From a virus (taxonomy: Duplodnaviria; Caudoviricetes), in IMG/VR virus record IMGVR_UViG_3300005080_000001, positions 68,519 through 132,518 of that record: a stretch of DNA of 64,000 nt; one strand, written 5' to 3'. Made by a program: the position numbers and the translations under genes. The notes under the pieces are model-generated. The model worked only from the letters and a program-made list of their open reading frames with translations, was not told where the DNA came from and made no database searches. Of the stretch, positions 9,464 to 19,284 are shown one piece after another; within the stretch, counting starts at the first letter, position 1; every line of letters starts with the position of its first letter.

Positions 9464-10742
9464 GCAACTTAATTTAATAAAGGAAAAGATGGGCGTAGAA
9501 AATCTTTGGTCATTCTCCAAAGTGGGAACTTACGATCAATGTAGTTGGCTATATAAGTTAAAGTATATTGATAAGATTCGTGTCAAAGGTGACAACTGCT
9601 ATACTTATTTTGGTTCGATTGCCCATGAAATCATACAGGATTTCTATGACGGCAAGCATGAATTTGGTGGGATGTTGCCTACATTTGATGCAAAAGTTGT
9701 AGAATGGCAAATGAAAGATGATCCGAAGCTTAAATTCAACTCCGATAAGGAACGTGATGGATATATTGAAAATCTTCGTCATTACTTTAAGTTTGTTCAA
9801 ACAATCCCTTATAAAGTAATGAATGAAAGAGCCGTATTAGCTGTATTCCATGGATTAGAGAAGTATGTATTCCAAGGCTATATCGACTCGGAATTTTTGG
9901 ACTCCGATGGAAATTTAGTTATCATGGACTACAAAACGTCTAGTATGTCTGGATTTACTGGCAAAGACTTACTCAAAAAGGCTCGTCAGCTTATTATCTA
10001 TGCTATTGGCATCACTCAGCACGGTCGTATGATTGGTGACGAAATGCGTAAGTTTACTATGGACAAGATTAAAATCCGTTACGATATGATGAAGTATTGC
10101 AATATCACATACACACAGAAGAATGGCAAAGAAACAGTTACCAAAGCAGAACGAAGACTATGGGTGGCTCATTTAGCTAATAAGCTTCGTAAAGACTTAG
10201 AAGACGTAGCTAAAGACATTGAGAAGCTTGAAAAAGAGATTGCCAAGCTAGTCAAGAAAATGAATATGAAGAAGACTACTCCAGAAGATGCAGAAGGATA
10301 TAGTGTGGGAATTGGCGACATTGAACTCGAAATCGAACAGCTTCGTCTCGTAAATTTTGACCCTATTAAAATTAATGAGTTAATTGAGAGCGCAATTGCT
10401 GAGAACAACCTTTCTGTAATGCCTCAATTCATTCAAGATAAGTATGTTGTAACGAATTGTATTATTGATGTGCCATTGACAGATGAAGTAGTAGAAGAGT
10501 GCAAGCAGATACTAGTGGCTACACTTGATACTATTGTTACGAAAAGCAAGGAAGAGGATAAAGAAGAAGCGTTTAACCGCTCTCGTATCGACAATTCTGA
10601 CTCCTATTATTGTGTAAACCTTTGTGATATGAAGGATTACTGTAGTTTCTATAAAGAGTTTAAAGAGCATAATGAAATGTTTGCTACAAAGAAAGAACAG
10701 CCTTCACAGGCAGAAGTACTAGCAATGTTTGGTTTATCTTAA
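9447..10742 (+). CDS. PD-(D/E)XK nuclease, Cas4/AddB-like, with coiled-coil insertion
   Basis: WSFSK...C, GYID, IMDYKT, QLIIYA, C-terminal Cys cluster CVNLCDMKDYC. Confidence 0.82.
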   Translation: MRLTYEQLNLIKEKMGVENLWSFSKVGTYDQCSWLYKLKYIDKIRVKGDNCYTYFGSIAHEIIQDFYDGKHEFGGMLPTFDAKVVEWQMKDDPKLKFNSDKERDGYIENLRHYFKFVQTIPYKVMNERAVLAVFHGLEKYVFQGYIDSEFLDSDGNLVIMDYKTSSMSGFTGKDLLKKARQLIIYAIGITQHGRMIGDEMRKFTMDKIKIRYDMMKYCNITYTQKNGKETVTKAERRLWVAHLANKLRKDLEDVAKDIEKLEKEIAKLVKKMNMKKTTPEDAEGYSVGIGDIELEIEQLRLVNFDPIKINELIESAIAENNLSVMPQFIQDKYVVTNCIIDVPLTDEVVEECKQILVATLDTIVTKSKEEDKEEAFNRSRIDNSDSYYCVNLCDMKDYCSFYKEFKEHNEMFATKKEQPSQAEVLAMFGLS

Positions 10743-10759
10743 AGCAAATGTTTTGCAAT

Positions 10760-10787
10760 GAAGCGTAGAATTTTCTACGCTTTTTTC
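10760..10787 (+). terminator. Intrinsic terminator
   Basis: AAGCGTAGAA/TTCTACGCTT stem followed by T-run. Confidence 0.75.
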
Positions 10788-10854
10788 TTTACATATCTTT
10801 TCTTAAATAGTAGTATAGTATTAAAGTACATACTCTTAAAAACGAGGTATCATT

Positions 10855-10935
10855 ATGAGAATGAAGCATGTTCTGTTTATTATCGCCATGCTTATATGCG
10901 GTTTTTTGTTTGGATCAGTTGGGATTGGAAGTTGA
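10855..10935 (+). CDS. 26-aa hydrophobic membrane peptide
   Basis: GAGGT RBS; MRMKHVLFIIAMLICGFLFGSVGIGS. Confidence 0.5.
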   Translation: MRMKHVLFIIAMLICGFLFGSVGIGS

Positions 10936-10959
10936 AAAAACTTTCTTTCCAAAAAAAAT

Positions 10960-11059
10960 AAACAAAAGTATTGCAATTACAAAAGGTTCATGATATCTTA
11001 TAAGAGTAGCAAGTGGCAGTAAGCCATTAAAAATAAATAACAAAACAAAAGTATTGCAA
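10960..11059 (+). promoter_or_regulatory. Paired repeat motif and promoter upstream of dnaE
   Basis: Motifs at 10960 and 11043; TTGCAA-17-TATCTT with TG extension. Confidence 0.7.
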
Positions 11060-11083
11060 TGACTTATGAGGAGGATTAGGAAA

Positions 11084-14000
11084 TTGACAACAGTATCAAT
11101 TAAAACATCAGATTTACCATCCAATGTATTTAGCGATATGTTCTACACGGCAATTCATTTACACACAGACTTATCAAACCAAAACATGGTTGAGGTAGTT
11201 AATACCTATAAGCAATATATCGACAAAGCAGTTGAAATGGGGCATAAAGCTATCGCCTTCACAGAACACGGTAATGTACTAAGTTGGTATAATAAGAAGA
11301 AGTATGCTGAGTCCAAAGGGTTAAAGTACATTCATGGTTGTGAAGTTTACGTAACACTGACTCTTGAAGAGAAGAAGCGCGACAACTTCCATATGATCTT
11401 ACTTGCCAAGAACCATGAAGGGTTCAAAGAATTAAACAAGATGGTATCAACTGGATTCGATAGAAAGGGCAACAACTTCTATTACAATCCACGTATTTCA
11501 TGGGAAGATATTCAGAACACATCTGACAATATTATCATTTCAACAGCTTGTTTGGGCGGTATTGTCTGGCAGTTACACATGAACCGTGCAGGCAGTGTCT
11601 ATTCAGAAAGGGAACTTGCAAAAGTTATTAAATGGTTTTCTGAGAACAAGCATCGTGTTTTCTTAGAAATTCAGCCTCATAGACATCTTGAACAGATTCA
11701 ATACAACAGATTATTGAAGAAGATTTCTGAACAGACTGGAATCCGCTTAGTAGCAGGATCTGACACACATGCTTTAAATGAAGAGTACGATAAGGCTCGT
11801 AAGGTACTTCAAAAGGCAAAACGTATTACATTCACGGATGAGGACAGTTTTGATTTAAGCTTCCATTCATATGAGAAGATGTTTAAAATGTTCCAAGCGC
11901 AATATACATTTACTGATGAAGAGATTCACCAAGCAATGCAAATGACAAACGTAATTGCAGATATGATTGAGCCATGGGACATTGATTACAGTAAGAAGTA
12001 TCCGCAGTTATACGATAATCCAGAGGAAGTATTCCAACAAAAGATTGCAGAAGGTATCAAGTATCGTGGATTGGATAAGAAGTCTTTAGAAGTAAGAAAG
12101 GCAAATGCAGAACGAATTCAGCATGAATATGAAGTATATAAAGCGAATGAAGCAATTAACTATCTTCTACTTGAGGATGCTGTTAAGTCATATGCACGTA
12201 GCCAAGGTGTACGATATGGATTTGGTCGTGGTTCGGTTTCTGGAAGCCAAATAGCTTATTTACTCCGCATAACTGAAATGAATGCCATTGATAGAAACTT
12301 AAACTTTGCACGTTTCATGTCAAAAGAGCGTATTTCTCTTGCGGATATTGATACTGACTTCCCACCAAATAAGCGACATATTGTACAAGAATGGCTGTTA
12401 AATCATGAAAAGCTACACTGCGCTCACATTATCACCTATAATACAATTGCCCTCAAGGGATGTATCCGTGATGTTGGTCGAGGACTAGATATACCGTTAG
12501 ATGTAGTAGATGAGATTGCAAAAGGTGTAGAGGATAACGAAATGTACTGGAGAGAACGTCATCCAGAACTATTCCATTATGTTGACCTTATTCAAGGAAC
12601 AGTAGTTTCAATTGGCGCTCATGCTTGCGGTATTGCCGTATCTCCAATTCCATTGGATGAAAACATGGGTACAATTACTACAATTGATGCAGAAACTAAG
12701 CAACCAGTTGTATTAACACAAATCAACATGAAAGAAATTGATGCTCAAAACTTCGTAAAACTTGATGTTCTAGGTCTTGATACAGTTGAGTTAATTAGTG
12801 AAGCCGTTGATTTAGCAGGTTTAAAATGGGAAAGTATTCTTCCAGAAAACCTTGATTCAGAAGACAGCGCAGTATGGGAGAGTGTCCTAGATAACAATAT
12901 TGGTATTTTCCAATGGGAATCAGACTTCGCTCATCAGATTTATAAAGACCTATTCAGCAAAGAAACGATTGAAAAGATTAAACAGGTTCATCCTAAGTTC
13001 TCATATATGGACTTATTCTCGCTTGGTAATGCGATTATCCGTCCTGCAGGTGCTTCTTATCGTGATGATGTAGTACAAGGTAACTTCTATGACAATGGTC
13101 ACGAAGTATTAAATAAATTCCTTTCTCCTACACTTGGACGACTTGCTTATCAAGAGCAAATTATCGACTTCCTTGTACAGTTCTGTGGTTACACAGGCGG
13201 TGAAGCGGACGTAATTCGTAGATCGATAGGTAAAAAGGATCGTGAAACATTAGAGAGACTACTACCAGAGATTAAGCAACGATTTATTGATACAATGATT
13301 GAGAAGTACGAGACTCGTAATGTAACGGCAGAGCAAATCTCTGAGCCTTTCATTCAAGTAATCCTTGATGCTAGTAACTACGGTTTCAGTATTAATCACT
13401 CAGATGCGTATAGTTGGTTAGGATATGCTTGTGCATGGTTACGTTATTACTATCCATTGGAGTTCATTACAGCCAATTTAAACGTAAATATCAGTAAACA
13501 GGAGAAGACTGCTAAGTTAGTAGAATATATGAAGTCTAAAGGCATTACTCTAAACGGTATTAAATTCCGTTATTCAAGAGCAGGTTACATGTTTGATAAA
13601 GAAACAAACTCTATTTACCAAGGTGTCGAGCCTATTAAGTTCTTAAATGCTCAAGTAGCAGAAGGACTATATAGCTTAAGAGGTAACCATTATGCAAGCT
13701 TTACAGACTTATTGATTGATATTAAAGATGGTATTACCATTATGATTGATGGCGATCCAGAACGTGTTGCAAGAATCAGAGATGTTTTCACGATCGATCA
13801 TGAAGATTTTAATCCAAAAGTATTGCAAAAGTTAGAGAAGGATGGTAAGATAGAATACGTGGAAGATAGAAGCGTTACTATCAACTCCAGACAAATGAAT
13901 ATACTAATCTCTTTAGGATATTTCAGCGAATTTGGTGGCAACAAAAAACTTCTAAGAATCTTTGAATTCTTCGAGAAGAACTACAAGAAGACACTTAAGC

Positions 14001-14416
14001 TGAAATCTAAAAAAGAACGTTATGCAAAAGTATTGCAATTTGAATTAGAACAAGTAGAGGAAAGTCTTTCATTGGTAGAACAATGTGAGTGTGAGTTAGC
14101 TTATCTCGGACATATCGAGACAAAGGATGTCAAAATGCTACCAAACATTATGATGCTTGTAGAAACACAAAAGAACAAGACGTACACTCGTGCAAAAGCT
14201 TATCAGTTTGCAACTGGTGAAGTTCGTGAATTCAAGATTGGTAGCCGTACATATGCTAACGTGCCATTTGAAGAAAGAGATGTTATCCAGATTATTAATG
14301 CCGAGGTTAAGCCGAAGAAGAAGAAGATTAACGGAGTATGGCAGAATTCAAATGAACAAGAATTATGGTTGAAAGAAGTTAAATTCATTCGAAAAGGTGG
14401 AGTAATTGGTGAGTAG
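11084..14416 (+). CDS. dnaE: DNA polymerase III alpha subunit (family C)
   Basis: PHP motifs HLHT, FTEHG; GRGS; ADIDTD; KLDVLGL; YQEQ; YGFSINHS. Confidence 0.96.
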   Translation: MTTVSIKTSDLPSNVFSDMFYTAIHLHTDLSNQNMVEVVNTYKQYIDKAVEMGHKAIAFTEHGNVLSWYNKKKYAESKGLKYIHGCEVYVTLTLEEKKRDNFHMILLAKNHEGFKELNKMVSTGFDRKGNNFYYNPRISWEDIQNTSDNIIISTACLGGIVWQLHMNRAGSVYSERELAKVIKWFSENKHRVFLEIQPHRHLEQIQYNRLLKKISEQTGIRLVAGSDTHALNEEYDKARKVLQKAKRITFTDEDSFDLSFHSYEKMFKMFQAQYTFTDEEIHQAMQMTNVIADMIEPWDIDYSKKYPQLYDNPEEVFQQKIAEGIKYRGLDKKSLEVRKANAERIQHEYEVYKANEAINYLLLEDAVKSYARSQGVRYGFGRGSVSGSQIAYLLRITEMNAIDRNLNFARFMSKERISLADIDTDFPPNKRHIVQEWLLNHEKLHCAHIITYNTIALKGCIRDVGRGLDIPLDVVDEIAKGVEDNEMYWRERHPELFHYVDLIQGTVVSIGAHACGIAVSPIPLDENMGTITTIDAETKQPVVLTQINMKEIDAQNFVKLDVLGLDTVELISEAVDLAGLKWESILPENLDSEDSAVWESVLDNNIGIFQWESDFAHQIYKDLFSKETIEKIKQVHPKFSYMDLFSLGNAIIRPAGASYRDDVVQGNFYDNGHEVLNKFLSPTLGRLAYQEQIIDFLVQFCGYTGGEADVIRRSIGKKDRETLERLLPEIKQRFIDTMIEKYETRNVTAEQISEPFIQVILDASNYGFSINHSDAYSWLGYACAWLRYYYPLEFITANLNVNISKQEKTAKLVEYMKSKGITLNGIKFRYSRAGYMFDKETNSIYQGVEPIKFLNAQVAEGLYSLRGNHYASFTDLLIDIKDGITIMIDGDPERVARIRDVFTIDHEDFNPKVLQKLEKDGKIEYVEDRSVTINSRQMNILISLGYFSEFGGNKKLLRIFEFFEKNYKKTLKLKSKKERYAKVLQFELEQVEESLSLVEQCECELAYLGHIETKDVKMLPNIMMLVETQKNKTYTRAKAYQFATGEVREFKIGSRTYANVPFEERDVIQIINAEVKPKKKKINGVWQNSNEQELWLKEVKFIRKGGVIGE

Positions 14417-14654
14417 AAGACCAGTCATGTTTATCCCTTTGGGATTTACAATTGATAGCAATACGTCAATCGTGTTTAAAGATTGTAAAATCTTCATGCA
14501 CGAAGGGTGGAATATGCTTCATGCAAATGTATTCAAGGATCACTTTCAAGGTAATGTTGAACTAAAAGGTTGGGACATTTATACGGAAGAGAATCCAATA
14601 ACATTCTTAGATAAAATTGAATCTTTTACAAAACAGGAGGAGCGATTAGTATGA
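14409..14654 (+). CDS. Hypothetical protein
   Basis: ORF overlapping dnaE stop. Confidence 0.55.
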   Translation: MSRRPVMFIPLGFTIDSNTSIVFKDCKIFMHEGWNMLHANVFKDHFQGNVELKGWDIYTEENPITFLDKIESFTKQEERLV

Positions 14655-15013
14655 CAGTTACTACTATTAAATTAAATAAAGAACTACAGGTTACAGAAAT
14701 TCAGAAAGGTACAATCCTTAAGAAGAATGACGATATGTTTATTGTAGCAAAGATATCAGAAGCACAGTTTAACAGCGTAGTTGAAGAAAGCTTATTTGGT
14801 ACAAACTACAACAACTCTCATAATGCAAGACAAACATTCTTACCAAAGAGTCAAGCAGTGCGCAATCCAAGCGAGGCTAAATATGTTTTAATCAGCCTAG
14901 CAACAGGATTGAAATTCTATCCAGAATTCTTAACTCTACAAGATTTGTTTATGCGCATCAGCAAGGCAGGCTTTAAAATTGTAAACAGAATTGAAATTAC
15001 AGAGATCCGATAG
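14651..15013 (+). CDS. Hypothetical protein
   Basis: AGGAGG RBS. Confidence 0.7.
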   Translation: MTVTTIKLNKELQVTEIQKGTILKKNDDMFIVAKISEAQFNSVVEESLFGTNYNNSHNARQTFLPKSQAVRNPSEAKYVLISLATGLKFYPEFLTLQDLFMRISKAGFKIVNRIEITEIR

Positions 15014-15025
15014 GAGGAAAATACA

Positions 15026-15250
15026 TTGAAAAAACGTATTGAAAAGAAGTTTCTTAAGAAGAAGTATGGCAACGAGTATAAAAAGGGATATGGCGTAATC
15101 ATAGGAAACGAGAACCGCTTTCACGGATTTAAAATAGGCGACATCGTTAAGATTGTAGGTACTGAGTACGGTACTTTGAAGTGTACTAAAAAAGATGGCG
15201 AACTCGAACTTATGCAGTACGTAGAACGCAAACATATTAAACAATTATAA
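15026..15250 (+). CDS. Basic hypothetical protein
   Basis: AGGAGG RBS, TTG start. Confidence 0.65.
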   Translation: MKKRIEKKFLKKKYGNEYKKGYGVIIGNENRFHGFKIGDIVKIVGTEYGTLKCTKKDGELELMQYVERKHIKQL

Positions 15251-15276
15251 AACAAAAGTATTGCAACGAGGAGCGA

Positions 15277-15531
15277 TTGACTTTGACAAGGGAAGAAGTT
15301 GCTGACCAAATAGGCGAAGAAGCTATGTTTGCTGACGGCTTTGACGATGCTCTAATTGGACATATTCAGCGATGTGGCACACTAGTTGCCTTATATGATG
15401 CAGAAAAGTGTATTGAAATCTTAATTACAGTTGAGGGAATGAGCGAAGAAGATGCACGAGAACACTTTGATCAGAATGTTCTTCAATCATGGGTAGGAGA
15501 TATGACTCCTGCCTTCGCTTTCCTATCATAA
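15277..15531 (+). CDS. Conserved-looking phage hypothetical protein
   Basis: ADGFDDALIG...YD..KCIEIL...VGDMTP pattern; GAGGAG RBS. Confidence 0.7.
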   Translation: MTLTREEVADQIGEEAMFADGFDDALIGHIQRCGTLVALYDAEKCIEILITVEGMSEEDAREHFDQNVLQSWVGDMTPAFAFLS

Positions 15532-15552
15532 TTACAAAGGAGAATAATTACT

Positions 15553-16131
15553 ATGACTAAACAGGTATATATCGCAGGAGACATGCTTCCGAAAGGTTCT
15601 CAAATGCTTCGTGCATTAGAGCGTGAACAAATCAAAGAGATTGGCTTAGATTTCTATAATCCAATGGATAATAAGGAAATCAATTCGAAAGAAGAAGTAA
15701 GCAACGATGGACTAGCTGAACGAATTGTTAAAGCTGATACAGATGCAATTGAATCAAGTGATGTTATTGTAATCGAGCCACAACCATTCGCTTTAGGAAC
15801 AATGGTCGAACTTGGGCAGGTAAAAGGTCGCAAAGACCTTGCCAAACAAATAATCGCCATGGCTGACGATTTCAATGGTTCTGTCTCAGAATTACTAAAC
15901 CAAATTATTGAATTAGCTGAACAAGTTGATAACCAAAAGGTATTTCCTCATTACGAAGATATTCGTAGATTCCCAAATGCAGGAGCAGATGAAGTAGGGG
16001 ATCGTAGAAGCCTAGGAATCAACCAGTATGTATATGGCGTATGCTTAGACCTCACAGATGGCAAGGGCTTCTATGATTGGGATGAAGTATTGGCAGAACT
16101 TAAGAAAATCAAGAATGACCCAACAATATAA
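15553..16131 (+). CDS. Nucleoside 2-deoxyribosyltransferase family protein
   Basis: VYIAG, FYNP, D-x-x-AI..SD, GTMVELG. Confidence 0.85.
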   Translation: MTKQVYIAGDMLPKGSQMLRALEREQIKEIGLDFYNPMDNKEINSKEEVSNDGLAERIVKADTDAIESSDVIVIEPQPFALGTMVELGQVKGRKDLAKQIIAMADDFNGSVSELLNQIIELAEQVDNQKVFPHYEDIRRFPNAGADEVGDRRSLGINQYVYGVCLDLTDGKGFYDWDEVLAELKKIKNDPTI

Positions 16132-16170
16132 AACAAAAGTATTGCAATTAATATTTGTAGGTGCTACAAT
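16131..16170 (+). promoter_or_regulatory. Repeat motif overlapping sigmaA promoter
   Basis: TTGCAA-17-TACAAT with TG extension. Confidence 0.7.
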
Positions 16171-16199
16171 GTACCTACAAATATTATAGGGGTGAAAGT

Positions 16200-16880
16200 A
16201 TGATCGTTACAGTTAAAGGAATTAACTTCATCATCGATGATGAAGATGCTCACTTATTAGAGAAGTATAAATGGTACGTAGATAGCAAGGGATATCTATG
16301 TCGAAGCGTAAATGAAACACAAGGTAAAATTATGTTTCATAGACAAGTAATGAGCGTTAGTGATAGCAATATATTTGTTGACCACATTGATACAAATCCT
16401 AGAAACAATAGTAAAAGTAATCTTAGGGTAACAAATGTAGTGGGTAATTCACAAAACAGAAACAGAAATAAAAACAAGATTTCATCAAAATACAAAGGGG
16501 TATATCGCAAGCCCAATAATATGTTTCAAGTATTCATACAAGCCAATGGTAACAAGATGGCTTTGGGTACGTTTAATAACGAAGATGTGGCAGGGTATGT
16601 GTATAACATTAACGCCATTAAATACTTTGGAGAGTTTGCATTGCTTAACGATGTAAAATCATTTACAGATGAGCAAATTGAATCACATAGATGCGTTAAA
16701 AGAAGTGCATCGTCAGAATACAAGGGTGTCAATTTTAATAAAACAAAAGGGAAATATCAAGGTAATTTTTATCACAATAAGAAGAGATGTTTCACTAAAT
16801 GTTTTGATACAGCTAAAGAAGCTTACGATGATTTAATAAATATGAAAAGAAAATTGGAGGAAGACAGTGATGACAAATAA
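16200..16880 (+). CDS. HNH homing endonuclease with AP2-like domains
   Basis: VDHIDTNPRNNSKSNLR; SSKYKGV and SSEYKGV; YFGEFALLN. Confidence 0.88.
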   Translation: MIVTVKGINFIIDDEDAHLLEKYKWYVDSKGYLCRSVNETQGKIMFHRQVMSVSDSNIFVDHIDTNPRNNSKSNLRVTNVVGNSQNRNRNKNKISSKYKGVYRKPNNMFQVFIQANGNKMALGTFNNEDVAGYVYNINAIKYFGEFALLNDVKSFTDEQIESHRCVKRSASSEYKGVNFNKTKGKYQGNFYHNKKRCFTKCFDTAKEAYDDLINMKRKLEEDSDDK

Positions 16881-17553
16881 CAACAATACGACAACTACGA
16901 TTTTAAAGAAAGAGGACGAGGTAGTCCTTGTAGCAAACCGCAATAAACTATTTAATTATGGTATGTTAGAGTTCCAAGGAGTTACATCTGATGAGAGTCT
17001 AGTAGATACAATCATGTATCATTTAGATATGTATTACAAATCTATGCGTAGAGGTAGTAAAGATGAAGTAAATACACCTGTAGGCAAGAATGCAGAGTTA
17101 AACTTCGACTACAAACAACCAATTCCGTACATCGTAATCCGTAGAGGAGACGAGTTCTTTGTAACTGAGCGACTACAAGGCGGTGGGGAATCTCGATTAC
17201 ATGGCAAGTTAGCTATGGGCGCAGGCGGTCATATGAATCCATTGAGTGAAACTGAGGAAGAGCCATTCACAAAGGTATTAGAAGAGAATACTAAGCGAGA
17301 ACTGGAAGAAGAACTTGAAATTAATCGTAAAATTGAGATTAAACCAATTGGCTTAATCAATGACGATTCTGATACTACTGGCAAGGTTCACATTGGAATT
17401 CTAGGCATTATTGACTTAGATGTTGAAGCTACTGTTGCTGTAAAAGAAGTGGAGCAATTAGCAGGACACTGGATGACACTAGATGTTCTAAAATCAAAAG
17501 AGATTTACGATCGTTTAGAAAACTGGGGAAAAATTGTAGTAGATATGATGTAA
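16867..17553 (+). CDS. NUDIX-family hydrolase
   Basis: KQPIPY, GAGGHMN, RELEEEL Nudix box. Confidence 0.85.
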   Translation: MMTNNNNTTTTILKKEDEVVLVANRNKLFNYGMLEFQGVTSDESLVDTIMYHLDMYYKSMRRGSKDEVNTPVGKNAELNFDYKQPIPYIVIRRGDEFFVTERLQGGGESRLHGKLAMGAGGHMNPLSETEEEPFTKVLEENTKRELEEELEINRKIEIKPIGLINDDSDTTGKVHIGILGIIDLDVEATVAVKEVEQLAGHWMTLDVLKSKEIYDRLENWGKIVVDMM

Positions 17554-17557
17554 TAAC

Positions 17558-17585
17558 AGGTAGCCAAGAAATTGGCTACTTTTTT
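17558..17585 (+). terminator. Intrinsic terminator
   Basis: GTAGCCAA/TTGGCTAC stem with T-run. Confidence 0.7.
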
Positions 17586-17661
17586 ATTGACTTTCTATTT
17601 TTACTATAATACTATTGAAGTATTAAAGTTAGTATTCAATAACTAGGGAGTGTAGTGTATA

Positions 17662-17832
17662 ATGGAAAAGTATTGGTATGAGTATCGTTTAAGAGGGTTA
17701 AGCCTTGGCGCACAACCAAAAGGATTCGTTGATTCAGATGATACATATGGAAGGTTTGGGGCGGTCGCATATGACAGACCTCTTACTGAAAAGGAAATAA
17801 ACGACTATGAGTTAAGGGTGATTGATAAATGA
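17662..17832 (+). CDS. Stand-alone DarA C-terminal-like domain (56 aa)
   Basis: YWYEYRLRGLSLGAQPKGF...GRFGAVAYDRPLTEKEINDYEL; RBS and upstream TTGACT-17-TACTAT. Confidence 0.75.
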   Translation: MEKYWYEYRLRGLSLGAQPKGFVDSDDTYGRFGAVAYDRPLTEKEINDYELRVIDK

Positions 17833-18185
17833 TTAATGTAACTTTGACAAACAAAGAAAAGATATACGAGATTAGTGATATGGACTTTATCACAACGGTA
17901 GCAATTGCTACAGATGTATATGTACAGTTGGTAGAAGAGGCGCAATTAGAATCACAAGTTCCAGACTTTGCCTTTTCGATAAGAGATAGCTATCCAAGAT
18001 TTATAAATGCACTAGAACAGGCAAGAGAAGAATTAGAGGTAGATGGCAAGGAAGTAGAGGAAAATGCGTTTATTCGCTTTTGGTTTGAGAAGTTGATCTT
18101 TGAGGAATTTAACCTACATGAGAAAACAAATAAAAAAGGGAAGCCGTTAAAACCATTCTTCAAAGCAAAAGATTATATACTATAG
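17829..18185 (+). CDS. Hypothetical protein
   Basis: ATGA overlap with upstream ORF. Confidence 0.65.
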   Translation: MINVTLTNKEKIYEISDMDFITTVAIATDVYVQLVEEAQLESQVPDFAFSIRDSYPRFINALEQAREELEVDGKEVEENAFIRFWFEKLIFEEFNLHEKTNKKGKPLKPFFKAKDYIL

Positions 18186-18234
18186 GTATTAGTCTTTTAT
18201 TATATAAAAATTACATACAAAGGGGATTACGAAA

Positions 18235-18537
18235 ATGGGAGAGCGTAAAAAGAAAGTGTTTCATCATTTATACGGGTTTATTGAAATCAAACGCCAAGGA
18301 GAGATTGAAGTCCATCAATTGTTTGCAAGCGAAGAAGCACTAGAGGCAGAAGAGAAACGATTAGAAGTAAAGTATGGACGTAGCCCTAACTTATTAAATT
18401 TCGATCTTCACCGTGACACATATTCACTTCAAGATTTATTTGGGTTATTTACAGTCAATCAAATATGTGAAGTTGACAAAGGTTTTAAAACTTTTATTGA
18501 ATCAAATCTAGACTTACTTTCTTTAGAAGAATATTAA
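18235..18537 (+). CDS. Hypothetical protein
   Basis: AAGGGG RBS. Confidence 0.65.
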   Translation: MGERKKKVFHHLYGFIEIKRQGEIEVHQLFASEEALEAEEKRLEVKYGRSPNLLNFDLHRDTYSLQDLFGLFTVNQICEVDKGFKTFIESNLDLLSLEEY

Positions 18538-18569
18538 TAAAAGCCATATTTTATTACTTACAGGAACGA

Positions 18570-18854
18570 GTGTTGAAGATGACAAAACAGATGAAGGCTA
18601 TGCCTTATGCAATTAAGCAGAAGCTACGCCAGATAGATAAGTATAATCATAAGGTAATGGCTCTACATCAAGAAGTTGCTGATATGATAGAGGAACATGA
18701 AGTACCGTATGACCATCTAACGGCACAAGCAGATGTATTCAGTAACGAGCCAAAAACAGAGGCGTTAGCTTTTGTTCACAACTGTGAAGGGAATATCGAA
18801 GAGAACATTAAGGAAATTGAAGAGGTATTCCTGTACTTTGCAAATAAACGTTAG
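18570..18854 (+). CDS. Hypothetical protein
   Basis: ORF track. Confidence 0.6.
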   Translation: MLKMTKQMKAMPYAIKQKLRQIDKYNHKVMALHQEVADMIEEHEVPYDHLTAQADVFSNEPKTEALAFVHNCEGNIEENIKEIEEVFLYFANKR

Positions 18855-18865
18855 GAGATTACAAA

Positions 18866-19144
18866 ATGGGACTGTCAACCGATCTAGGAGTCAAGCTATT
18901 TGGTAATGTATCAACCTTATTAGTTATCGTTGGATTTATTTATGGTGGATGGAAAGTCTATCATTCAAGATTCTACAGAGAGTCTTTAGAATCAGAGTTT
19001 CGTGGTGGCGGTTATTCAGCAGGATTCAATCTATTCATTGCTATAATATTGTTTTTAGTGTATACCTTTGTATTCGCAGTCGTAACCGTTCTCCTTCCTT
19101 TGATCGCTCTTTATATCATATGGGGAGTACTTTTCGGATTTTAA
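18866..19144 (+). CDS. Small membrane protein
   Basis: Multiple hydrophobic segments; AGGAG RBS. Confidence 0.65.
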   Translation: MGLSTDLGVKLFGNVSTLLVIVGFIYGGWKVYHSRFYRESLESEFRGGGYSAGFNLFIAIILFLVYTFVFAVVTVLLPLIALYIIWGVLFGF

Positions 19145-19174
19145 AAGGGCTAAATATTTAGTCCTTTTTTCATT

Positions 19175-19271
19175 AAACAAAAGTATTGACATTAATCTAG
19201 TCAATTGCTACAATGATAAAGTATTAAGTTAGGAATTTACTAAAAAATATACTTAAACAAAAGTATTGCAT
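19175..19271 (+). promoter_or_regulatory. Paired repeat motif and sigmaA promoter of recD2
   Basis: AAACAAAAGTA-TTGACA-17-TACAAT; second motif at 19255 abutting AGGAGG. Confidence 0.8.
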
Positions 19272-19284
19272 AGGAGGAAATGAA

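Noticed and set aside
9447-10742. Cas4-like nuclease as evidence of CRISPR-Cas
   Set aside because: Stand-alone PD-(D/E)XK nucleases are common in phage replication modules; no cas1/cas2 nearby.
10758-11124. Track ORFs 10758-10961 (+) and 10915-11124 (-)
   Set aside because: They cross a terminator, promoters and repeats without an RBS.
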